Of a DNA stretch of 64,000 nt, positions 28,882-36,377 are shown one piece after another (position 1 is the stretch's first letter; every line of letters starts with the position of its first letter). Under the pieces are notes generated by a model that was given only the letters and a program-made list of their open reading frames with translations, searched no databases and was not told where the DNA came from. The stretch lies in sequence record MN453779.2. One strand, written 5' to 3'. Position numbers and translations under genes: made by a program.

Positions 28882-29235
28882 ATGCTTCACGACTATTCTG
28901 TATTGGTATTGGTAGAACCGGATTTCCACCTCAAGGCGAAAGATGTCGAAACTTATCTTGCTAAACTTAAAACGTTTCTGTTAAAGCGTGCTGGCGATAT
29001 TAATCTGCGTGTGGTAACAGTAGAAGGTAAGTACGGCATTCCTGGGGTAGAAATTATGCAAACCGATAATCGAAATAAGACTGCTTTTATTAAAGCTATC
29101 GAAGATTATTTGGGGCAACTCAATGAGATTGTCGTAATTGCTAACTTCCAGAAAGAACCTTATTTAGATGCTGTTAGTATTAAAGCGTCAGAAGCATCTA
29201 AGACATTCACTGTTTACGGTTACGAGACCAAGTAA
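28882..29235 (+). CDS. Hypothetical protein
   Basis: 117-aa ORF in the uvsX operon. Confidence 0.7.
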   Translation: MLHDYSVLVLVEPDFHLKAKDVETYLAKLKTFLLKRAGDINLRVVTVEGKYGIPGVEIMQTDNRNKTAFIKAIEDYLGQLNEIVVIANFQKEPYLDAVSIKASEASKTFTVYGYETK

Positions 29236-29913
29236 ATGAAACATCGTAGCGAAATTGAAGAAGAGATTCTGACATTCGCAAAGCGCATGACACCAGGTGG
29301 CGGAAGTCACCTGGTTTATAAAGCTCTGTTTAAGAAAATGAACGATGAGCAATTTAAAGCGTTTTGGAATGGTATTTGTGACAGTAATTTTATCCCTGTC
29401 TTTGTTAACAACTTTGACAATAAGGAGATGATTGATTACGATGATGTCTGTTTGTTTGCAAAAGAATTGAACATTCCTTTGGAACAACAACTCGTTATTA
29501 CTGATCCCGATTCTGGTTTGGAATACACTACTCCTGAGACAGCTATTGTAGGTTACGCAGAGATGCGTAAACAGCGTCAGTTGCAAGCTAAGAAGTTTGG
29601 TGCTAGTAAGAACGACCACGAGACAGAAGACCTCACAGGCCAACCTACAGGCGATTCTAAAGCAGGTGGTATTAGTTCTCCTGAGATCCGGGTATTGTTG
29701 TCACTAGGTTTGAAAACTACTGCTAAGGAACTCTTTGATGTTCGTGGTGGTGATGTTAAAGCTTATCGGGCTTATAAGTCTGATATCCTTACTAGCGGCG
29801 AAACGACTACTCAGTCTTCTTTACAACGTGGTTCTGGTGTTAAGTCTCTTCAGACTGCTCACTTCTTACTGCGTGGTAGAATGCTTGATAACAATCTCAA
29901 CGCTAAGGGCTAA
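29236..29913 (+). CDS. rpoB: Virion RNA polymerase beta subunit, C-terminal piece (phiKZ gp149-like)
   Basis: LTGQPTGDSKAGGISSPEIRVLLSLG..TAKELFDVRGGD aligns with the beta C-terminal VTQQPLGG..GG.R.GEME...LQEMLTVKSDD block. Confidence 0.85.
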   Translation: MKHRSEIEEEILTFAKRMTPGGGSHLVYKALFKKMNDEQFKAFWNGICDSNFIPVFVNNFDNKEMIDYDDVCLFAKELNIPLEQQLVITDPDSGLEYTTPETAIVGYAEMRKQRQLQAKKFGASKNDHETEDLTGQPTGDSKAGGISSPEIRVLLSLGLKTTAKELFDVRGGDVKAYRAYKSDILTSGETTTQSSLQRGSGVKSLQTAHFLLRGRMLDNNLNAKG

Positions 29914-29915
29914 CT

Positions 29916-30368
29916 ATGGATCAGCTACCTATTCCAGGTCAACTTGTTGATCCTGTTGAAGCCCTGCTAGGGGACATTGTTGAAGAAGCAATGATTGAGA
30001 TTATTGCTAATAAAGACAGTTCTCTATTTTGGACCAAACTCAAAGATCATCTTTACGATACCGCTTTGATTTCTTTTGAAGAAAACTATAATAATCTAAT
30101 TGCTGACTTGGGACAAACCCCAGATGCATTTGATTATTTTGTTAGATTTGTTCAACGTGTATTAGCTAAACCTTACTGTTCAGAAGCTTTGCGTAAAGTA
30201 GAGTCAACTAGAGAGTTGGTTAACAAAACAACAGGGTTAGATAACATGTTGGTTATTACTACCGATAATAAAGATCAAGTTAAACCTATCTGTTATATGC
30301 TCGCTGTGTACGCCCCAATCACGATGTATCGAATTAATGTCATTGGTGTAGATAAAGGGGAAGAATAA
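29916..30368 (+). CDS. Hypothetical protein
   Basis: 150-aa ORF in the operon. Confidence 0.7.
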   Translation: MDQLPIPGQLVDPVEALLGDIVEEAMIEIIANKDSSLFWTKLKDHLYDTALISFEENYNNLIADLGQTPDAFDYFVRFVQRVLAKPYCSEALRKVESTRELVNKTTGLDNMLVITTDNKDQVKPICYMLAVYAPITMYRINVIGVDKGEE

Positions 30369-31096
30369 TGGATATCCTCGTATACACTGATCTAGACAGC
30401 TTATTTGATACACGTCGTGGCATCATTCACAAACTTGCTTTAGAATCTGGTAATGTTAACTTTAATTGGGAAACACAATTCTCCCAAATTTATGCGAGAC
30501 GAAAGTACGACATCTTTAACCAACCCGAACTTGGCATTACTCAAGAAAAATACCAAGCTCGATTTGATAAAAGGACTCTTGATGATTTTGCTGACTCAAA
30601 GTGCGCTTATGTGCTTCCGAGTAAGCTTATCAATCATATGTTTAATATTGTACGCGAGTTGGAATTTGGTGTAGGTAAGATGTTGTCCATGAGTACATTC
30701 AATGTGACAGTTAACCTATACCCATTCGAGCTCAGTTTAGAAAGACAGAAAGCACTAGAAGATACTTTACGTGGTGCTGTGAAGTTTAACATTGGCATAA
30801 ACTTTGTTAACATTCCTTATGATGATCAACGCGCTAAGTATCTTAACAGTTTTCAATATGTCTTTAAGTATGATCTCTTCTTGTCTAAACACATGAAGAA
30901 TTATTGGTCAGATTACGGAACGTGCCAACCTAGCAACGTGAAGTTTATCGTACCTGATGTATTAGCAAAACAAACAGAACTACCCGAAGGAATGGATGCT
31001 GAATCTCCCAGATCTCTCATCAGTAAGCTGAATATTTCCCTTGGCGGTAAAACGACCTTTGTGGCAATTGATAAGACTATCTACGACTATCGTTAG
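30368..31096 (+). CDS. Conserved hypothetical protein, HAD-like N-terminal DxD
   Basis: ILVYTDLDSLFDTR; coupled start. Confidence 0.6.
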   Translation: MDILVYTDLDSLFDTRRGIIHKLALESGNVNFNWETQFSQIYARRKYDIFNQPELGITQEKYQARFDKRTLDDFADSKCAYVLPSKLINHMFNIVRELEFGVGKMLSMSTFNVTVNLYPFELSLERQKALEDTLRGAVKFNIGINFVNIPYDDQRAKYLNSFQYVFKYDLFLSKHMKNYWSDYGTCQPSNVKFIVPDVLAKQTELPEGMDAESPRSLISKLNISLGGKTTFVAIDKTIYDYR

Positions 31097-31109
31097 ATAA
31101 CGGCAAATA

Positions 31110-31141
31110 CTCCTACTCTCCCAATTAAGGGAGAGTAGGAG
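31110..31141 (+). terminator. Rho-independent terminator
   Basis: CTCCTACTCTCCC-AATTAA-GGGAGAGTAGGAG. Confidence 0.75.
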
Positions 31142-31158
31142 ATTTATTTATGTGTATC

Positions 31159-31198
31159 TTTAAGATCCAGGAAACCTCAGACCTATATTATTAAAATG
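31159..31198 (+). promoter_or_regulatory. Early promoter (TTTAAGATCC subtype)
   Basis: TTTAAGATCCAGGAAACCTCAGACCTATATTATTAAAATG. Confidence 0.7.
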
Positions 31199-31237
31199 AA
31201 AGAGTAACAATGTTTATTAATCTAGGAGAAGAAAATT

Positions 31238-31738
31238 ATGAAAATTACCTTTGCAAAAATTGAAGACAATGCAAAAATGTACGGCTCAGACCAAGTGGGT
31301 GTTTATCTGGATGGGGTGATGAGGTTTTTTATCACCAGCAATGGGGGCTTCCTCCACGCAAGGATTTTCACTTATCCTGATAACCAACAGATGTGTGGAT
31401 TTATAAACAAATACAAACCCACCTCGGTAGAGGAGATGAAAAAGTTGGTTCAAGCTCATCTGGGAGAACTTCTTGAAACCCTTAACGATGTGCGTAGTTA
31501 TTTTATCAAGTCGGTCTACACTAGCGGGGTTTACGGTTCTGTCTCGAGGGAACACCTTAGCTGGGGATATCTCTCTTTTGACGCGTTCGATTGGACACGG
31601 GAGCAGTTCAGCCTCGAGCTTGTTCAAAAACTAAAAGCACTGATTCACGAACATCCTGAAAAGGCCCAGGATGTGACCAGGATCGAAATCATCGATGTCC
31701 GGGAACTCACCAAAGAAATCATTCAAATTAAGGTGTGA
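31238..31738 (+). CDS. Hypothetical early protein in a stand-alone cassette
   Basis: 166 aa, AGGAG SD, own promoter and terminator. Confidence 0.75.
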   Translation: MKITFAKIEDNAKMYGSDQVGVYLDGVMRFFITSNGGFLHARIFTYPDNQQMCGFINKYKPTSVEEMKKLVQAHLGELLETLNDVRSYFIKSVYTSGVYGSVSREHLSWGYLSFDAFDWTREQFSLELVQKLKALIHEHPEKAQDVTRIEIIDVRELTKEIIQIKV

Positions 31739-31774
31739 CCATGGTCGTTTTTCAATGACCATTACTAAGTAGAA

Positions 31775-31801
31775 GCTCTGACTCCCATTGGGAGTCAGAG
31801 C
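31775..31801. terminator. Bidirectional terminator
   Basis: GCTCTGACTCCC-ATT-GGGAGTCAGAGC. Confidence 0.7.
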
Positions 31802-31817
31802 CACTCCTCTTATTTAT

Positions 31818-32357
31818 TTATTCATCAAAACTTTCTTCAATTTCTTTTGAATCTACAACAATCAAACCTTGAGCTAATTCCTCTGCTTTGATCATCGTTT
31901 CGGAATCCAATTGTGTGACAGGTTTTAGGGGATCTAAAATAATACCCATGTCGCCATAGTTGGGAATTACAAGTTTACCATTAGCTACTTCATTAAGAGC
32001 GTTAACAAAAGCTGCAAAGGAAGTCTTGTTGTCTTCCATCTCTTTTGCCTTAGCTTTTTCTTTTCTGTCGTCACGCACAGATTTCTCTAATTGACCAATC
32101 AGAGTGTTGATAGAATCAAGTAGTTTACAGTTAGATGGTTTACTAATGTAAGTTTGAGTAGCAATGTCCAACAGCAAGGTACGTTGTTTTTGAACTAAAT
32201 TAATAAGCTCATTTTCTGTCTCGGTATTTTGATCTTTCTTTAAGATAGCATTGATGTTACTAATAAGGACATCCTTATCCTTCAACATTACATCACTCTT
32301 AGTTCCTTCTACTGGTGGTGGGAGGATACCTGAATCCTCCATTTCATCATCGTACAT
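31818..32357 (-). CDS. Hypothetical coiled-coil protein
   Basis: 179-aa ORF with GGAG SD. Confidence 0.7.
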   Translation of the reverse strand: MYDDEMEDSGILPPPVEGTKSDVMLKDKDVLISNINAILKKDQNTETENELINLVQKQRTLLLDIATQTYISKPSNCKLLDSINTLIGQLEKSVRDDRKEKAKAKEMEDNKTSFAAFVNALNEVANGKLVIPNYGDMGIILDPLKPVTQLDSETMIKAEELAQGLIVVDSKEIEESFDE

Positions 32358-32379
32358 AAATTACTCCAATTTGGTCTTT

Positions 32380-32413
32380 CTATAATTTTTGAGATAGATA
32401 TTATTCTCATGGT
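32380..32413 (+). promoter_or_regulatory. Early-type promoter, degenerate (CTATA subtype)
   Basis: CTATAATTTTTGAGATAGATATTATTCTCATG. Confidence 0.45.
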
Positions 32414-32460
32414 AAACACATGAGAAGTTTTCTACTAATGAGAATAAGGATGCGTTACTC

Positions 32461-33009
32461 ATGTTCTTTAAGAAGTTGCTTGCTAAGATACCATTTATTC
32501 GTAAAAGAATGATTAAGTCAATTAGAGTTAAACTGACTGAGATCTTAGAAGACTTTGATTCTGGAGCATTTAACGATATCTACGTTAAAGCTTTACAAAG
32601 CATTCTAAAATCGCCTGTAATCAATTTTAACGAAGAGTTGGTACTCGGTTCAATCAATCCCATTAAGACGTTTAGCAATAGCTCAGCGGCTCTTGTATTA
32701 AGTATAGAAAAGAAGGAAGTAAAGAAGTCAGTAATGGTGAAAAACGGGTCAGTAGCTTTAACCCAGAATACCAGATCGTTCTCTAGATGGTATTCGAATA
32801 AAGAAAGTATAGAAACGTTTGTTGGTGTAATTAGCGTATACTTGGAAAAACAAGTTATGTTAATGGAACCAGTTCTTGTCAACGGAGATAAAGTGGTCGA
32901 AGTTGTTATGACACCAGATGAGGATGAATTCCTTGACAGTCTATTATATAGACTAGCTCTGGTTGATCTAGTTAACATCATCGACTTCTACCTAGAGAGA
33001 CAGGTATGA
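32461..33009 (+). CDS. Hypothetical protein
   Basis: 182-aa ORF. Confidence 0.7.
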   Translation: MFFKKLLAKIPFIRKRMIKSIRVKLTEILEDFDSGAFNDIYVKALQSILKSPVINFNEELVLGSINPIKTFSNSSAALVLSIEKKEVKKSVMVKNGSVALTQNTRSFSRWYSNKESIETFVGVISVYLEKQVMLMEPVLVNGDKVVEVVMTPDEDEFLDSLLYRLALVDLVNIIDFYLERQV

Positions 33010-33428
33010 AAGACCAAAAGAAAACGAAAACGGTTCCCTTTGGAAAAAATAAAAACTACGTTCCAAAAGAACAGCTAACCGATACCCCGAGTCGAATGTT
33101 TAGAGAGATCATGGATGTCATGGGAGTAAATGCAGCCAAGTGGAAATCCTATATGGACGAATACTTGCGTTGGATCCACCCTGATGACTCTGGTCCACCA
33201 CTGGAAGTTAAGAAAGCTAGAGGCACTTCCTTAGGTAATGCCCAAAGCGCTTACTTCTGTAGTCGTACTTTAAGTTTTAACAAACTTATCACTGGTTTGA
33301 AAATACTCAAACTCAAACGCGTGACTTTCAAGATAGAGTGTGAAACAGAATCGGGAGAAATCTTCAATGTTTCCGAAACTACCATCTTGAGACGTTCCCG
33401 TAGTGATGTAATTGATGATAAAGACTAA
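33006..33428 (+). CDS. Conserved phiKZ-like hypothetical protein
   Basis: 140 aa; RGTSLGN..LSFNKLITGLKIL recalls a phiKZ core family. Confidence 0.6.
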   Translation: MKDQKKTKTVPFGKNKNYVPKEQLTDTPSRMFREIMDVMGVNAAKWKSYMDEYLRWIHPDDSGPPLEVKKARGTSLGNAQSAYFCSRTLSFNKLITGLKILKLKRVTFKIECETESGEIFNVSETTILRRSRSDVIDDKD

Positions 33429-33438
33429 TTAGAGTAGC

Positions 33439-33464
33439 TCGATACCTCCAACTGGAGGTATCGA
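33439..33464 (+). terminator. Hairpin / terminator
   Basis: TCGATACCTCCA-AC-TGGAGGTATCGA. Confidence 0.6.
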
Positions 33465-33503
33465 CACTCTTCACGTTTATTTATTTTTTAAGGATTTATT
33501 CCC

Positions 33504-34619
33504 ATGGGTTTACTTCAGAATAATAATCTATTTAGTGGTGTTGATTTAGATAACCCGTTACAAGCTGCATCCAAATCTATTTCAGACGCCATGAGTGGGT
33601 TTAGTGATCAGCTTATTAATCCTCTTAAGAACATTTCTGAATCTGTTAGTTCCGGTGTAGCATTGGTCGGTGAAAAAGACTCTATGCTAACTAAAGCACT
33701 CACTACGTTTAAATCGATTAATATTGAAAAGATACAATCTGGTGTTACTGATATGGTTGGGGGGATTCTTAATTCCCCAGATCTAGGTAGTATCTTAACC
33801 TATGAAGATGGGTTTAAGGTAGATACTGATGGATTGATAAGGATAGCTTCCCAAGGCTTAGGTTTTAATGTCAATGGTATTTCTGATATTAAAAATCAGT
33901 TAGGTCAAAGTTTCCTAGATGAGTTAAACTCTATGACTGGGGGTTTAACGTCAGGACTTTACTTTGAAGACGGAACTAAATTAAGAATTAGTGACGGTTG
34001 GGAAATGGGTGCTATAGATACTCTTACTGCTTTTCTAGGTAAGAGCAACCCAGCATTCGCTAAGATCCAAAGTTTAGCAGGCGTTAACTCCATTCTCAAT
34101 ACCATGTTGAAACAAGCTGCTCAAAATGGCTTGTATCAAAGTTTTGAAGATTTCAGTAATCAATACTTGTTCACTAGCGATTATGTTGATGCCATTATCA
34201 ATTCACTAGAGTACTGTATTGGTAAAGGTGATATCCAATCAATTAACAAGATCTTTGAAATTATCACCTCTGATGGATTACCAGTAGTAAGAGCTAAATA
34301 TCCAGATCTTATTGAAAGGATGTTAGCTAACTTTACATTTAGTTCTGAAACGAATCCTGAAGATTATCAAGAGCTCGGTATGCTGCTTAAGAACCTCTGT
34401 GAGCTCGTTGGCGGTGAACACTGGTATCTTTACCAAACAGAGTTCGGAATGGCCGTAAACCTAGTTACAGTGACTTCAATTAGCGATGATGCTAAACTAC
34501 TCCTTTCCGACTATCCTGAGTACTGTCCATTCTTATGTGCTTCTGGTATTTATCAGGAAGTAGATGCTAGAGAACACTTCTTATCGCAATTCCCCAATGC
34601 TATTGCATTTGAAAACTAA
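33504..34619 (+). CDS. Probable virion structural protein
   Basis: 371-aa ORF; call by composition and context. Confidence 0.55.
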   Translation: MGLLQNNNLFSGVDLDNPLQAASKSISDAMSGFSDQLINPLKNISESVSSGVALVGEKDSMLTKALTTFKSINIEKIQSGVTDMVGGILNSPDLGSILTYEDGFKVDTDGLIRIASQGLGFNVNGISDIKNQLGQSFLDELNSMTGGLTSGLYFEDGTKLRISDGWEMGAIDTLTAFLGKSNPAFAKIQSLAGVNSILNTMLKQAAQNGLYQSFEDFSNQYLFTSDYVDAIINSLEYCIGKGDIQSINKIFEIITSDGLPVVRAKYPDLIERMLANFTFSSETNPEDYQELGMLLKNLCELVGGEHWYLYQTEFGMAVNLVTVTSISDDAKLLLSDYPEYCPFLCASGIYQEVDAREHFLSQFPNAIAFEN

Positions 34620-34624
34620 TTTCC

Positions 34625-34654
34625 CCTTACCTAACCAATTAAGGTTAGGTAAGG
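34625..34654 (+). terminator. Rho-independent terminator
   Basis: CCTTACCTAACC-AATTAA-GGTTAGGTAAGG plus T-rich tail. Confidence 0.75.
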
Positions 34655-34953
34655 TTATTTATTAACTATAAATTTATTTTTTAAAGTAGTTTTCTATTAT
34701 ATAGTGACTAGGAAACCCCTGGACGCCCGATAGGGCAATTTGTTTGTATATTAGCGGAACGTAGTGACATCCTTTTATCTTTAGTCTTTATCTTTAAGTT
34801 ACTTTTAACTTGGGTAAACTAAGAATAAAAAGAAAATAAAGATATAAAGAAACCATATAAATAACTCTACTTACCCTTAATAGGGTAAGTAGAGAATGAG
34901 TATAGGTATACTATGTAAAAGTTTGGAACTATTCCGTTGTCCTAAGGGTTTAT

Positions 34954-36321
34954 ATGACTAAACAATTTTTAATGCTCGACGAAAAACCACTTCGACATGT
35001 ATTGATAAAATCACTCCCAAGATTTCTAGAGGGAGCCAAGAAAGAATTTTACATGTCTGTTGAAACAGAGGAAAATTTTCTCAATAAGTTTAAAACTTAT
35101 TTTAAGGATAAGAGTGATATAGTATCAGCCAAACTAACTCTCTATGATAAATTTTTATTATATAAAGCGGAACATCCTGATTATACCTTTTGGACTTCAT
35201 TAAAGTTAATACGTAACGGTAATGAAGAAGAAGTAAAGGTATATGATAATTATAGTATTAACACGGATGGGGATATTTATTCACACTTTACCCAACGTAT
35301 TATGAAAGTAAAAGTTAAGAATACCGGGTATAAAGAAATTTCAATTAAAATATTAACCAGATCGGTTTTTATTTCTCATCACCGGGCATTGATGTCAAGC
35401 TTTGGATACGATATTAAACATCAACATAAACTGAATACCTTAACAATAAACCATAAGAATGGTGTAAAGGTCCAAAATGTTCTATCTAATTTGGAATGGA
35501 TGACGACCGGAGATAACTCTAGAGATAGATCAGTGATGATGGGGATAGTAGGTAAAAAGTATGGGACTAAGCCAATAAAAATTACTACGCTTGACGGTAT
35601 AGATGGTGTGAAACCGGGAACAGTATTTTACCTAAGACTTAGTACCGACGGATGTAAATACGGTTTAACTCCAGGAATAATAAATAAACCTTTAAATACA
35701 GGCACCAAGTGCTATGATTGTAAACTAGAATATATCACTAAAGAAGAACTACCAGAAGAGATACAAGAGCTACCTCAAGAACTATTGAAACATTTTGAAA
35801 AGAAACGAGCTATGTTCAACGGTTCATTAAAACTAAAACTTTTTCTAACTAAGGAAATATGCAATTATAAAGTAGGAAGTGTTTTTGTCACCACTAAAGA
35901 AAAACTGACTGAACTGGGTGTGGGGCTGGGATCTATAGCCTCTGCCATTTCAAGTCGCAAAACCTTATTTGGGTTTAAAATTTCGTATCTGTCACTCAGT
36001 GATCACAAGGAGTATTTGGACATACCTGATTGCTTTGTGAAACACTTCGATAAAGAAAACAACAGAATGAAAATGATTAGAAAAAAATGGGCGTTAAGCT
36101 GTACAGTAGTAACCGAGATAAAGGGTTACAAAATTGGCGATGTTTTCATAGAAGCTGATTTACAAAAACTATTAAGACTTGGTGTTAGACCTTCTGTAGT
36201 TTACGGTTCTAGCAAAAGAGGAAACTGTTCGAACGGACTACGATTTAATAGAATATATTGTCCAATACAAATTAATAATAAACCAACTATACCTCCTGAT
36301 TTATTAAAACTGATTTCATAA
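34954..36321 (+). CDS. Free-standing HNH homing endonuclease with three C-terminal repeats
   Basis: NUMOD4-like YSINTDGDIYS...TGY, then HRALM, INHKNGVKVQNVLSNLEWMT; three repeats of (x)KVGxVF...LG. Confidence 0.88.
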   Translation: MTKQFLMLDEKPLRHVLIKSLPRFLEGAKKEFYMSVETEENFLNKFKTYFKDKSDIVSAKLTLYDKFLLYKAEHPDYTFWTSLKLIRNGNEEEVKVYDNYSINTDGDIYSHFTQRIMKVKVKNTGYKEISIKILTRSVFISHHRALMSSFGYDIKHQHKLNTLTINHKNGVKVQNVLSNLEWMTTGDNSRDRSVMMGIVGKKYGTKPIKITTLDGIDGVKPGTVFYLRLSTDGCKYGLTPGIINKPLNTGTKCYDCKLEYITKEELPEEIQELPQELLKHFEKKRAMFNGSLKLKLFLTKEICNYKVGSVFVTTKEKLTELGVGLGSIASAISSRKTLFGFKISYLSLSDHKEYLDIPDCFVKHFDKENNRMKMIRKKWALSCTVVTEIKGYKIGDVFIEADLQKLLRLGVRPSVVYGSSKRGNCSNGLRFNRIYCPIQINNKPTIPPDLLKLIS

Positions 36322-36323
36322 TT

Positions 36324-36354
36324 AACTATCTTCCGGGTAATCCGGAAGATAGTT
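36324..36354. terminator. Bidirectional terminator
   Basis: AACTATCTTCCGG-GTAAT-CCGGAAGATAGTT. Confidence 0.75.
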
Positions 36355-36377
36355 GTCTAAACACAATAACATCTATA

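Noticed and set aside
34700-34770. Remnant group I intron upstream of the HNH gene
   Set aside because: GGAAACCCC...GGGCAAT resembles P4/P5, but no P3/P7 pairing or interrupted host gene was found
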